64,000 nt of DNA from Balanoglossus misakiensis (lineage: Eukaryota > Animalia > Hemichordata). Shown here one piece after another: positions 46,286 to 63,499 of the stretch. The notes under the pieces were generated by a model. The model was given only the letters and a program-made list of their open reading frames with translations, made no database searches and was not told the DNA's origin. The position numbers were made by a program, and so were the translations under genes. How positions within the stretch are numbered: the stretch's first letter is position 1; the number at the start of each line of letters is the position of its first letter. The stretch lies in contig CM082594.2 of NCBI GenBank assembly GCA_040954595.2, positions 10,854,276-10,918,275 of the forward strand, given 5' to 3'.

Positions 46286-48947
46286 TCAGCCATCAGGGCC
46301 CAGGACATGGCGACACACTGGGCAGGTACCAGACTGTAGTGCAAAGAGAAACAGATCAAAGCTAATGAGCTAACCTATATCTTGTCACAGACTCAATCTA
46401 CCATGGATTAGTGGCTGGCAGGTTACTTTCAACCCCGAGGGCACTATCCAATACAAGTCTATATCCACACTTCCCTACAGCATTCCCAACAACATCTCAA
46501 ACAACGGAAGACATCATTGGACAAGTACACTTACCTTCTGCAGCCAGGCTGTTATACACATTGGGTGAAACAGATGGTCACACGGTAACTTGTTGACAGA
46601 CTCACTCAGCTTGTATTCACACTGACAGATAGCGCAGGTCAGTTCATCGGCTGTAGACAAAAGAAAGACAGAGTTGTAATTTCTGAATAAATCTAGCTAC
46701 ACATAGCAGAGACAGGAATTTCATCACCACCGAGCACAACCTACCCAATTGCTTCTGTGAGATCCTAACTTGGGGCAAGTCATCGATGACATCTTGAGTG
46801 GCAGGGGGCGGAGCTTGGTCACCTTGTAAGTCAGGGTGTAATGCCAACATGTGAAGAATTGCATTCTGAAAATAAAAGAATTAAAAAAAAGCTCAAATGA
46901 AATGCACCAGAATGTATTTGTAATAAACAACTCTCTGTTGTAGCATTTGAATTCCTCTTACTGCAAACTGCAAAGTTATTGCGTACTATAGCAGTCATCA
47001 CAAACAAGCATTTTAGCCATTTACCTCGAAAAGAGTCTGCATAACTTCCTGAGTGTGGTGCAGCCGGTTGTGTATTATCATTTCCAAGGGGTTGGAAGGA
47101 GGAGGTAGTTGAATAAACGGAAAGAATGCATCTTCTATATCGTCATGGAACTCGTCTGCAGCTCTATAAATAGAAACAGCAAATAACAGAGTTAATAATG
47201 GTTTATTTCAAAAAGCTTTTGAGTTACTTTGAGAATTTCTATACAGTGTTTTCTTCATCCTTACACTTTATATGGAGTATAGAAAATCCTACCTGTAAAG
47301 TTCGTCATCCTCTTCCATATCAGACATGTCCTCTGCTGTGTATTCCGAATCTTCCGAGTTGCTGTCGGAGATCAGGGGAGGGAACCAACTGGCACTCTCC
47401 ATGCTGGTCTCACCATGGTTACCACCACCATGGCTACCAGAGGATAACTCTGAAAGATCAGAGTCGGTGTCAGAGGTGAGAGAGGGCATGGACTCGTGGT
47501 CTGTATCAGAGTTCTGGTCAGAGCTATCTGAGCTAGAGGAGGATATGTATCCTGGGTAGAGCAAGTCTGGGAGGTGATCACTGTCTATACTATCCTCACT
47601 GTCAACAAAGTGGGCACTGCCGAACCGATTCACCATGCAAGAGAATACGGTCGCCATCATGTTTTGCACAGCTGAGCCTTGGGCCTGTTGCATACTCGGG
47701 CCCTGCTCGGGGTGGCTTGTTTGGGTGCGAGTGCGGGGCCTAGTTGGGGCAGTGCGTCTCACAACCACATCCTCGTCTGACTCTGAGTCAGAGCTATCAT
47801 ACAAGGTAGGGAGGGAAGCAACACTATCTACCACGGGTCTACGCTTACGTGACCGACACTCACTTCCTCTGCTTTTCGCTTTTCCAGTCTTTTTCTTGGA
47901 TGAGCTTTTGGGAATGCTGGGTGCTGTCCCTTGATTGTCACTGTGCCCTTTGCCTTTCGAACTCTTAGACGGACTGTCTTTGCTAGATCTCTTACTGCCA
48001 CGTGAGGATTTGGGATTCCTGGAGTCCGGTGCACTCGAGGTACTCCTGGGGCTGTCTTTCTGTGTCTTTGATTTTTGCCTCGTCGCAGGCACACTGCTGG
48101 CCGAGGCACCACTGCCACTGGACAGAGGTTTCACCCCGTGTCTGACTTGCTTTGATTGTTCCTGCTTATCACTGGAAGAAACAGCCCTCTTGCGTCGAAC
48201 TTGTCTTTTGCTCTGCCGCTGCCCATCTGCTGAATCTCCGGCATTCTGCTTGGGGCTGCTTTTCCTGGCACCTTTAGGCTTGCCTCCTTCGACATTCCAG
48301 TCTCTGTCAGATCCATGGGCGCCACCACCATGCTTCTGTGGACAAGCGCCATCATGAGTTTCACCGACTGTTCTTGATTTCCTGCTTTTGATTTTCACTC
48401 CATCCTCCACACTGGCGTCCGTCAGTCCTTTCCTACTCCGTGTCCGTGACTGCGGCACTTTCTTCCCTCTGGGTTGTAGCTTCTCCTTCTTTTCCGTGCC
48501 TCTTAAATGACTGCTGATGCTGCTTCCACTGTTGGAAGCTTCACTCATGCCTCTCCCGGATATCTTGGATTCTTTCCGCTTCATGCTGGGACCAGATTCA
48601 TCCAAAGCTGCGTATTCCAAAGCTACACTTGCCACTGTGGTTTGGCTCTGATTCAAGTTCTGGGGGAAAAGTATCATACAAAGTTTGTTAGTGAAAGCAG
48701 TGATTTTAACCCTTGTAAGTCACTAAGAAACATGGAGCGTTGAAATTCACATAGGGGGCTTGACATCAAATTGAAACGAATCGCTGACACTTACCTTTCT
48801 GTTTGCACTACTTGAAGAGTCGACTGATGTACCAGAATACGGCATAGGTCTGCAATTCATATACGTCGTATACTGTCTCTCATATCTTCTTCCAGTTGCT
48901 GAATTGTATATCTTGTTCTGTTTGTTGACTTCCTGGCTCCTTTGCAT
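46286..48947 (-). CDS. PJA2: Praja-type C-terminal RING-H2 E3 ubiquitin ligase (PJA1/PJA2-like), 6 coding exons, ~647 aa
   Basis: Exons 48795-48947, 47293-48659, 47025-47163, 46745-46865, 46535-46650, 46286-46333. PPPATQDVIDDLP precedes RING-H2 CAICQCEY...[38 protein letters not shown] is the Praja ending. Start codon less certain; RNF126/RNF115-like assignment not excluded. Confidence 0.75.
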
Positions 48948-51140
48948 GCTACCAGGGTCCACACAACAAACACATGGGATGACTAACCTGCAATGGACCA
49001 GAAAACCATCATTTGTTATTCATGAAGAACAAAAGATTGACAAACTGTTAACGAGCAGTTAACACACCCACTAAAGGCAACCTACATGATCTCAAAAGTG
49101 ACAAGAACTACCATATGAGATACTTCCTGACTAAGGGGAGGTGTGAATATGTTTCTAGACCAGTGAGTGTAGAAATATACATTGTGTTATGATGCAGATT
49201 TCATACAGGTATTCAACTAATATCAGTAACTCCATGTCACATAAATCTTCATAAATTACAGAGTATTGTTCCAATGTTGGTTGTGATGCATACATCAAGC
49301 TCAAAATCCAGCTAAAGCAGTGCTTGAACATAGATTCACCTTGAATCAAGGGCCCACACAACGGTTATGGAAGGTGGATATGTTTTCCCCCAGAAGTGGC
49401 CTTGGGTATGTGGAAACAAGTCTACGTTGCACGATAAAGTCCTACAAAAACCGGTGATACTAAAATGTACACTACTTCTATCATACTTACGCCTACGGTC
49501 ATCTCCTCGCTGTAGACGGGTGAACCAGCAATCGAGACGGAGACCCAAGTTGAAGTGAAGACAATCTTGTCGAAACGAGAAACGGAAGCAACGGTAGACC
49601 GGAAGTGCTATTTGTTCGATAAATGATCTCTCCACTTACAAAAACACAGTTGTTAAGCCATTTCAAAATAACTTTATGTTTCGCGACTCCTTAGACATCT
49701 CTTTGGCCATAAGAGTCCCCCAAAACGTCATTTTAGGCATATAAATGATCATCCAAATATCCTGAAATAGTTCAGATCATGAACATTCATATGCAAAGAA
49801 ACGAAACAAACACAGGATGTACATTGTCATTGTTTATTTTCATAGTATTTGTGATTTTGTTGACAACCTGATCTCAGAATACATATCTCTGCCACAGGTA
49901 ACCATAACAATATCTGGTTGACAGACTATGCAAATTACATTACCCTGTTGGTTGCAACTGCTCAAAATTACAAATCGTATCGTACCATAGTTTTTTTTTT
50001 TACTTTGTCATTTTTTATATTTTTTTAAATTCTACATTCTCACTGATGTTATAAATTTCAATTCAACCACAGAACAGTACAGTACACACTGCTGTTTTAT
50101 TTACAAAATTTCTGAGTGAAGTCATCTTCGACTGGTGCCAACGCACTCCCAAAATCTTTGCACTTCCTTCATTATCTCTCAGGTCACAGAGGCAAGTGTA
50201 GACGATTTTTCAGACAAAATTTCATCAGTATGGCTGAGATCAGAAATAAATAGCCCCTTTACACTAGACAACATACAAAAGTCATGTTGATTCACTGACA
50301 ATTACATTATCAAATATCACACTTTCACAAAAAACTTCAAATTCGATTTCTTCATGACCCCGATCTCCATACTATTCTGACTTGCCCTGTACAGGTACAT
50401 TATCTGTTTGACATGCCTCTCTCTCTCTCTCTCAAGCCCCCATCACTTTTAGCACCATCCACAAAACCATTACACATGCAATTTACAAAATTCTGAGATT
50501 CTGTCACATATTTTTAGTTTTAAAGGATTTAAAAACAGAACTGTCAATATTACTCGATCTGTTTCAACACAGTCTTGTGGTCTGACTGTGGTTCAAATTC
50601 ATTGTCAGCTAGGCTACCACAGTTTTTTTTTCATATTGCTGTTTCACTTCAAATTTCACTGTCACCCAATTTATTCCCACTGGTTCAGTTGAAGGGTGTT
50701 TCATACAAAACATATCTACAAAGACATGATATCAAGAAAGAATAAAAAAATAATAGAATTCAATACAGATCAGAATTCTGCAAAGAAGTGGGTTAGCGTT
50801 ACACAGTAAATTCTCTTCTCTACTTCACAAGTCCTGTATTTCTAAATGACAGGGAAGCACATCTTTTTTATTTAATGCATAACTCAAGACTTGCATCTCT
50901 CCTCGCTGTATTTTGTTCAAGTCTGCATATCACTGAAGTCAAATCATATTTTAGTGAAGGCAACATAATTTATAGCACTCAAGTTAACTCACAAAGAATG
51001 GAAAAAGAAGAAATTCTCAATTATAAATCTGTGAGAAATTAAACTTTATAAAAGTTGAGCACACCACCCGAATACATAAAGTTCATATCACTATGACGCC
51101 GTTCTGACATAAAACAAAAGCTCGGTCATTTAGTTTATTG

Positions 51141-51155
51141 GCAATAGGTGGCGCT
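51141..51155 (+). promoter_or_regulatory. CTCF-like motif
   Basis: GCAATAGGTGGCGCT matches 13 of 15 positions of CCASYAGRKGGCRSY; lies between the CSDE1 stop and the Praja promoter. Confidence 0.4.
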
Positions 51156-53435
51156 GAGTCCCACACAGCAGATACCACACCACAAGCTGCTTCAGCATCG
51201 TTTTATGTTTTTTTTTTGCATACATGGGGCTTATTCTAGGATTATCTACGGACAAAAGGTATTTGCAAGATCCAAATACAGTAATAAGGTGCTAACACAA
51301 AGGAATGATATATTACGGCAATGAATCTGCCATGAGATTTTTAAAAAAGTCACTTTCATTGATAACATCTAGATAACATCTAGACACTCAAATCAGAGTA
51401 TTGCTGAAGAAATTATGTGACCCTAAGAGTCTGAACTTGTAACACAGTATATTCAGACCCTGATCATAAAATAATTTTGAGTTCATAACAAAAATAACTC
51501 TGTAAATATATTTTCTTGAATACTGAGAACATGAAATTTTTTTTTCTGCTCACCCATCAATCCCATAATGCACTTACATCAACAGGGGGTAAATTCATAA
51601 TCTTGGTCACTCGAAATTCTGGGACTTTTTTACCAGATCACCGATATTTTCCAGGAGTGGTTATGCAAATTCCTCCGCGTGTAGAAACCTCATCTGACCA
51701 TTAATCACAATAACGTTCCAGAGTGAAATACGATAATACAGAATGGTGAAGCACTCTCAATCTTTAACTCTGGAAAATGCAGCTTTCAAAAAGATTTCTT
51801 GCACCATTTGTTTAAATTCAGGCAGCCATGTTGAATAGTGCATCATGGGAAGGAAGCGTTGGTATCTAGACTTTGCAAAACTCTGTCACAGATTCTGACT
51901 CTCACACCAGAAACAGACCATGAAGCTTAAAGTAACATCTTGGTATGGAATCAGTAATCGTCACAAAACAACACTCATAAATTGAAATTACAGTGTTTTT
52001 TTTTAATTATTCTTTTAAGTCAATTTATAAATTTTGACACTTTATATATTATTTGAGTTGGTCATTTCGGTTTATTATCAGTCATCATTTAGAAAATAAA
52101 CTTGGATTTCATGGAAAATACCACGCAATCAAGTTAACATTCTACAGGACAATATATTAGTAAAGTAATTGGAAGACGGAATGACACAAGATCAATTTGT
52201 CGAACATTGTCCCTGACATCCATAGCAAGTTATTTTTTAAATCAAACTTTGTCATTCTATTGTTATAAAGCATGTTTACATGTGGCCTCACAAATGCATC
52301 GTATTTGGATTATTTTAGTCTCTGTACAACTATTTGAAGGTATTTTTAGACTGATAGATCTGCATAACTTTTTCTGCCCAGCAGCAAATTTGTTCGTGGT
52401 ATATATCCAGTTGATTCTATGTTAGGAAAACTCTGTGGGTTAGGGGGCCTGACCTATTCAACAGAAATATAAGCACCACAGCAGGTAGCTGGCAAAAGTG
52501 TTCTAAATATAAGGCATGCTGCTGTATCTATTTACATGTCATATCACATGACATGTCGACAGATTCAAACGCATCTTTTGGTTTGTATTTATATAAATTA
52601 ATGTAATCTTGAGAAGCTTGTTGTCACTCAAGGGGGTATCTCTGCGATGTCTTTCCACTCATCTGAAATAATCACAGTTACGGTTCTTGTTTGGGGGAAA
52701 CCAGCTAGGTGGGGTTGCATTCTGGGTAGTGAGGGTCAACAGTTCATTAGTTCAAAGGTCAGTGAAGGGATACTCTACTTGTATTCAATTTCATATCTAC
52801 ACTGCAGGAATATGAATCCCCTTTTCCATCCTGACGCATACCAAGATAGATAACGTCCATAACTATTAATGTCTTCCCTTGTCCGTGGTTCATTTTTTAG
52901 ACCACGGATGTCAGGTTTACCTACAACACATTTTCTTTTCAAAAGACGCTTAAAAAGTTGTGTGGCACCATCTGAAAAAGGGTGTCGCTCGCACAACCAA
53001 TTTAGAAGTCGATTTCACATGATTGAGCATCAAGATAATAAAAGCGCTAATTGTAAATGACAATGGATATAGAGTTTGTTTCAGCGATAACATAACACGG
53101 CACCAGCATGGTTGAGCTTGTCTTGTCAATATAAAGAATAAACACACTGTTGGTATGAAATTATCTTGCCTCATATTCGTCACTATGAGACTGACAACCA
53201 AACCACAACAAGCTCAACCAAGCTGGCAAACTACAGATTTCCTAAATCTTGTTAATTTTACTATTATTTACGATATTAGGGGGGAGCTAAATTTTTTTAC
53301 ACACTAAAGGGGACTTGAGAAGTTTAGATAACCAGGTTATCTGGGCCATTACTACTGATGATTCTGGACCGGGTAAAGGGCACATGGGGATGCGTTTAAA
53401 AAAATGTCTTTCACCCTTCTGAATTCATAATTTTT

Positions 53436-56400
53436 TTATGGCGGAGCAACAGAGTTTTCAGTTGCTTGTCTCTTCATGGTGAATCCTTTGGTTCCGTCGG
53501 GACCACGCGGTTGTCGAATCACAATCACTTTGGGGATTATTGAGTTCTGTCTGCGTAGTAAGTGTTCCGGTCGCTGCATTTCACTGTGAAAACAAACAAA
53601 AAAATACATTTTCAATTTCAATTTCTTGCACAATTGAATTTTTTTATGCACAAAAATTCCACTTCACTAACAGCAACACATTCTCAACTCAACCACCCAA
53701 GTTCCACTCACCTTATTCGGCGTACATTGCACGCACTGTATTTGCCACTGCGTTGGTTTTGTACGATCACAAACTGGACCTCATCTCCCGGTTGTAGTTC
53801 CGATCCTTCGTGTACTTCACTCATGTGAAAGAAGAGCTTCTTATTCTCTTCACCAACTTCATAATCAATGAAACCAAACTACAATACAAAGAAACATGTT
53901 CAAATGATGAGCCGTGTCTGTTAACAAGAAATCTTGCTTGTCTATACACAGGCTACAATTACACTTTCTCATTGTCTCTTTGACATATAAAACACTAAGA
54001 TAACCATACCTGTCCCTTGATGGAGTCCACATATGCTCTGACAAACTTTCTGACAGCAGAAATATTACATGCTCTTTCTTTGCCACTGGTTTTGGACACT
54101 CCTATCTGGAAACGCACCACATCGCCCTTCTGAAGGAAATCTTTCTTGTCAGCCAGGCCAGTTATCCCGTAGGGGTAGATCGCTCCCTCGTTGGTATCTC
54201 CTCCTTCCATCTGTTGCACCAACCCCTCATATTCACTTTGTTGTGGGTCTATGTTACGTAGAGGACGAATGATTTTACCCTGGTTCGTGCCTGGCTGTAG
54301 GGTCTGTGATGTGAGAACAATACAATAAAACATTTGAAAAACGTCTTTTAAGGTGCTCACAAGTAAACAATTACAAAACCATTGTTCTGAGAGGTTGTAT
54401 GTATCCACCCACCTCTCCTGGTATGGTTCCTTTCAGTAATTTATGGATAGATTCCGCGCAGACTTTAGCACCCTTCCTGGTTACACAGTACTCCACTTCA
54501 TCCCCAATGTCAAGGACATTCACATCACCTTCAAATTCACTGAAAGACAACATCGAGGGTTGTTACACAAGGGAAGCACAGATAATGGTGAACTCTACCA
54601 AATTCATGTTACAGGTGGCTATACCAGTCAATATGATAGATTTATCTGAGCATTTGAAACATTTCTACATACCTATAGTGGAAGAATACTTCTCTGTCAT
54701 GATCAGCCGTCTCGATGAATCCAAAGTTCTCCTTCAACGTTGCTATGAAACCTTGCTTGCAAGTGTCGATGTTACGGTCCAAGACTTTGATATCAATGGC
54801 CATTTGAACATTGTTACGCTTAATTTCAGCAATGTGAAATTCAACCTACAACAGACGCCAAAGTGAAGAGATGAAATTATTGTTGAGTGCAACACTTTCC
54901 CTTAACTTCGTTTCATTTCATTTTCTCAAACATTAATATGCCACTTACCTTGTCCCCTTCTTCTGGTACTTGTCTGATATCAGTATCCTTGGCATGGTAA
55001 GCTATTGTCACTTTCTCTCCATTCATTTCATAATTTATACTCCCAAGGTCTGCTTCTTTGTCTTTGTTCTTTCCAGGACTTTTTCCCCACTGGAAAAAAA
55101 AATGTTGAAGCCAATCACAATCTGAACCGTGTTATCATTCACTGCTATTTGTCAGGATGAGATCTGGAATATTACAAGATGAAGTATGCAATATGGTCTT
55201 ACCTGGTTGATTGGAACTTTACTAATATGGCCTTGAAACTTGTCAGGTAGAACAGTTTGGAATGTCACAGAACCTTTGGGAAGAGGTTTGATCCTCACAG
55301 CTATTAACCTCTGAGCCACGGTTGGGTCCTGTAAACAAATGTCCATGTTGTAATCAATTCTTTATTCAGTATCTCAATGTACAGAGTTTAGAAGGATGAA
55401 ACTAAAAATCCGTGAGGAGGGGTGTTACTTACAGGTATGACAGTGAATTCCACTTCATCTGAGATCTTAATTTCATGAGCCTGAAAAAAAAGAGGAACAA
55501 AGTGATCATACCATAAAATGTGACATATGAATAACATAAAAGTTATCAATGACCTACAAATTGACTTGCATATTATCCTTGGCTACTACAAAAATTCATA
55601 TTGATTTGACAAATGGTGATAAACAGATAAAACTTACTGATTTGAGAAGTTCACTGAAGTGGAAAAACATGCGGGCGTCTCTGTCCACACACTTGATGAA
55701 CCCAAAGCCTTCTTTCACAGCTGCAACAATTCCATACTCTCTCTTCTCCCGGGATTTCAAGAAACTCTCCTCCAGAAGTTCAATGTTTGTGGCCCTCTGA
55801 AGTAAATCTCGCCGATCTGTGGCTATGTTGAATTGCACTAGGTCCCCTACTTGAAGTGTGTAGTCACCAACCTGGTCTTTGTCTCCAAACGGAATCTCTT
55901 TTTGTCTGATAAGTCATTTGAAAGAAAAAAACACAAACACGGACAAAACACAACACACAACAGCAAGAGGTGCCATTTCAGTTATATTCCCGTAAACAAG
56001 GTGATATTTATATGTATATGATACATGCAACATGCTTGAATGTGACATTACCATGCAACATTAATTTATTATTTTAGTATCTCTACCAGTTTCATGAACT
56101 TAAAAGATCTTCAAAAGACAAATTGTACGTTTTAATGTTAAATAGCTGTCAATAAAATGTTCATATTACCTTACAAAATGTAATTAGTATCAGAACAATG
56201 TAAACAGATTGATACATTAGTGATAAAATATCAACTTATATGTTAATATCTTTTTGTAGTATCATACTTCATATCTATTATTCCTTAACTTTTTCATCTT
56301 ACCCTCCATCCGTGCTGTCATAAATGAGTTTCCCCGGCAACGGATCGTTGGACTTCCTGGTGTTGAATCGGGAAAGTGGTTTGTGTACTGTTCCCACAGT

Positions 56401-58650
56401 CTTGGCTTTGTGGACATCTTCAAAGACTACAGTACCTGTAGGAAGTTTCCCGATGTTTATAGCCACCTCTTTTCCGTTTCTCATCTGAACTGCAAATTCT
56501 ACATCATCCCCAAGTTGTAAGTCATTGATGTTGCCAGTATACTCACTATAGTGAAAAAATATCTGCCAAAGATATGAAAAATAAAGTCACTTGATCTGCT
56601 CATATTTTTATGAATGTAAGATTTTAGATCTATAAATATGGATGACTTACCTCTTTGACCAAATCACCCCTCTCGATGAATCCAAACGATTCCTTCATGG
56701 AACATACCACTCCCTGACATTTCTCGACAGGAACGGGTTCTTCCAGAATCATTTTAGTGGCTCTGATGTTACCATTTCTGGACGGATATCAATCAAATAA
56801 AGATATGCCAATGAGGGATTAGAACATCAAAAAAAGAAATTAACAAACTGGGATAGATTTGATTAGGAGATTTACCTTTTATCAGTGGCAACATAAAATG
56901 ATACTTTGTCTCCTTTCTTAAGATCCATTGGTTCATCGTCATCGATGTCGTCTAGTCCATACGACAGGAAGAAACATTCCTGGGGAGAAAAGTTCTGAAC
57001 TTCAGGTCAAGTTGTCAGTCGGAAAAACTATTTAAAATGTGAATTAGAATGCTGTCTGTTGCTATGATGAATTTTCATAACCAATGAAGATGTTAATAGA
57101 CTTTAATTACCCCATTCACTTCATAGGACACTTTGCCCAAGTCAACTGAAGCAGGGCTTCCTCCAGACTGTAAATGTGAGAGAAAAACACAAAATAAGAT
57201 ATGCTCCCTGTTATCATGGTTGTAAGAGTTTCTCAAGTTGATATCATTCTTTTTTCTACTTACATTTCTTTTCTTGGAAGCCTTCGCCTCGCTGAGTACA
57301 GTTCCTACAATTCTCTGCTCACTGAGGAATTCACCCGATACAGTCCCAGGACGTAACTTGACAATCTGACAAGCTATTGGTTTACCAGTACGTCGATCTA
57401 AGGTGGACTCAAACTCCACCTCATCTGCAAAACAAGCAATGTCCATTTACATGAATCTTATCGTTTCCACAACCGATATTGAGTGTATGTCTTTCCAAGC
57501 AAAACACTGCGAAAATTGACAAGCAGTTTAAGGCAGGTCTACACACAATCTTACCTCCAATCTTCATATTTTCAATATTCCCATCATATTGACTGTAATG
57601 GAAAAACAGTCGTGCTTCCCGCTCTGCACACTGGATGAACCCATAGGAGTGCTGGAAGAGAAGTTGGAAATCTCCATGAATGAGCTTCTAAGTTCTTACA
57701 GTTTTTTTGTACAAACATGCATTAGATATTTTTTGACTGCAATAAAAATATTTCAAGTATTTGCATTTCTATTTTTAACTCTGGACCAAAATGTCTTACC
57801 AGGAGCTTTTCCACGACACCTGTTTCTCTGGAAACAACCCTGTGGAGAAATGACGACACAGTGAAATCAGATGAGGTTAGCGGAAAATCATTTCAAAACA
57901 AACTGGCTATTTCTCATCATGCGATGAAACCCACAAATGAAGTCATGAAGCAAATTACTCACCCAATGGTAGTAGCTGGGTAACTCACAGATCTTTGGAA
58001 GTTCACTTTACTGTTGCGACCGGTTGGCGGATGGTCTTTTGGGAAACTCTGACAACAGAATCACAAAGTAACGGCAAAATCACATAAGTGCTGCAGAGAA
58101 AAACTTCGTCCTTGTGATTCAAACAGTCTTGTAAAAATACCAAGACTGCATAGCAACATGTCTGCTGTAAACATTTCTACAATGAAACCACTAGGGCATA
58201 AATAATGTTGTGCTGTACTGTTACCCGGTCAGGTTACGACTGATTGCACCTTAACCCTGCAGTGCCCAGACAGCATTAACAACATCCAAAGATAGACCCT
58301 GATGTCATCAATCAATCCATCAAACAACATAACACACACATTACGACCTTGGGTGATGATCTGTGGGATATGTACCACAGTTATCCCGACAGAATCATTC
58401 AAACCGATACATATGAACTGAAACCAAAGTCGTCAACTGTCAGATTTTATTCATATTACTTTACCCCAATTTAATATCCTGTAATATTCTGTTACACCAG
58501 AATTGCATTTTCACGGATGAACACATTTGGCAGTCAATGTGCACACACGGAATTATGTACTCCGTTTCACTCAAGATCAAATAACTATAATATTAACAGT
58601 TATATTTTTCTGTTAATTTGAAAACTTACCTTCCACTGAGGACTGGCCAT
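53436..58650 (-). CDS. CSDE1: Cold shock domain-containing protein E1 (UNR), 18 coding exons, ~814 aa
   Basis: Exons 58630-58650, 57963-58048, 57800-57839, 57555-57651, 57264-57424, 57111-57167, 56876-56979, 56651-56777, 56303-56562, 55638-55905, 55433-55480, 55203-55328, 54949-55089, 54673-54845, 54413-54539, 54010-54303, 53712-53878, 53436-53583. [32 protein letters not shown], five GFI...FFH cold-shock domains, C-terminal SUZ-C motif [13 protein letters not shown]. Confidence 0.96.
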
Positions 58651-59339
58651 TTTGAGTTTGTTTGTCCTCTTTGTTTATAATTCACAATATCTGCTCCTTG
58701 ATGGTCTTCTCTGACAGTGCTGCTTTCTGTTTTTTCTTTATCACGATTTTGATTCACTTTTTGTTGATCCCCTGAAGCTGTTGTACAAAACAGCTTTCTT
58801 TTTTATTTATTTGTTTGTTTGTTTTTTCTCTGAGGTGTCAATCAGCTTGTTGTGTGTTCTCTTCTACTGAAAGTCTCTCTTCACAGAAATGTCGACTCGC
58901 TAAAATTTGTCACTAGTGCTGTGTTAGGCCAGTTGCAAGAAATGCTATGCTTCTCATGGGCTAGCTTGTAGAGAAAGGGGCGATACTGTGGGTTGGGAGA
59001 AAAAAAAGATGAAAAACAAATCAGTGTGTATGCCAAAAGAAATCTGAACCTGTAGTACAGGGGCATAACAAATGTCCTTGGAAAGATACAATAAATATAT
59101 TCAATTTCTGTTTGCGGTATTAATATCTGTATGGTGTAAGCTGCGACATTGAAAGTAATGTCTAGACTGATATTGATCATTTTATCTCACATAAAATAGA
59201 ACAGGTAATTGTATGGGGCAGTTTGTGGTTGTAACTTGTATGAAACTTATTATTGAAAAAAAATATTAACGAAATCTGACATTGTCCCTAACACTTTTTA
59301 AAACAGCCAAATATCGCTTTTCTTTGTCTCTGTGAAATC

Positions 59340-59980
59340 TATCGCACAGGCGAAGAGTACCATAAAATGTCAATGCGTAGTCACCATATCAAGTTTCGCG
59401 ATAGAATTTTTGCGCAATAATATTGGCTGGCCATCGTCTCATCTCGCAACAATGGAAATCAAGTTGTTTACTCGTCGTCGGAAGTAAAACGTCACACTTA
59501 AATAACTTCGAGAAACCTTATGCGACAATTGAGTTGTGGTGTTGTTCTTCGAAAAGAGACTTGATGACAACAAGGGGGGGGGGCACCAGATAATCCTGGT
59601 CGGCGGTGAATGCAGTGTATGGCTTCACGACCAACTCCCCCCAAATCGACTTCACACACATGTCGCAATAATACTACACTGCCATAGACGTCGACGTAAT
59701 GAGACCAAGCTCAGACGCTTTTATCTTCGCTTGTCAAGAAGATAAATGCATTAGGACAGGCTGGTCGTTGGGAAAATCCACCCCAGTCGCTGAGAATATA
59801 TTTTGCACTGAGCGGCGAGGTTTCATTGCGATATCGTCTCGCATTTTGTAATATTTCGACAATAAACTTACCCCAACACGGCACAGTAGCAGCACTGCAG
59901 CTCCGCCATATTGTGAATAGCATGATGGGAAATTTCATTCCAGACATGCCTAGTCATTTGCATGATTTCATCCGAGGATC
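59340..59980. promoter_or_regulatory. Putative bidirectional promoter region of CSDE1 and PRMT3
   Basis: CpG-rich interval between divergent genes; CGGAAGT near 59478, GCCATATTG near 59905. Confidence 0.45.
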
Positions 59981-63337
<3,357 letters not shown>

Positions 63338-63499
63338 ATTCTGAATACAGGCTTACTTATACTGAAAATATGCTGAATCTGATTTCAAATCATTGTAAGG
63401 AACTGGGAGGAGCATTTGATTAATGAAAATAAAAATGTAAAAAATATAGAAGGTTTTTGTGTCAGTAATTTTGAGTTTGAGTACATGTATGTGCTGTAT

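Noticed and set aside
47326-48357. Several plus-strand ORFs of 77-140 aa
   Set aside because: Antisense shadows of the large GC-rich Praja exon.
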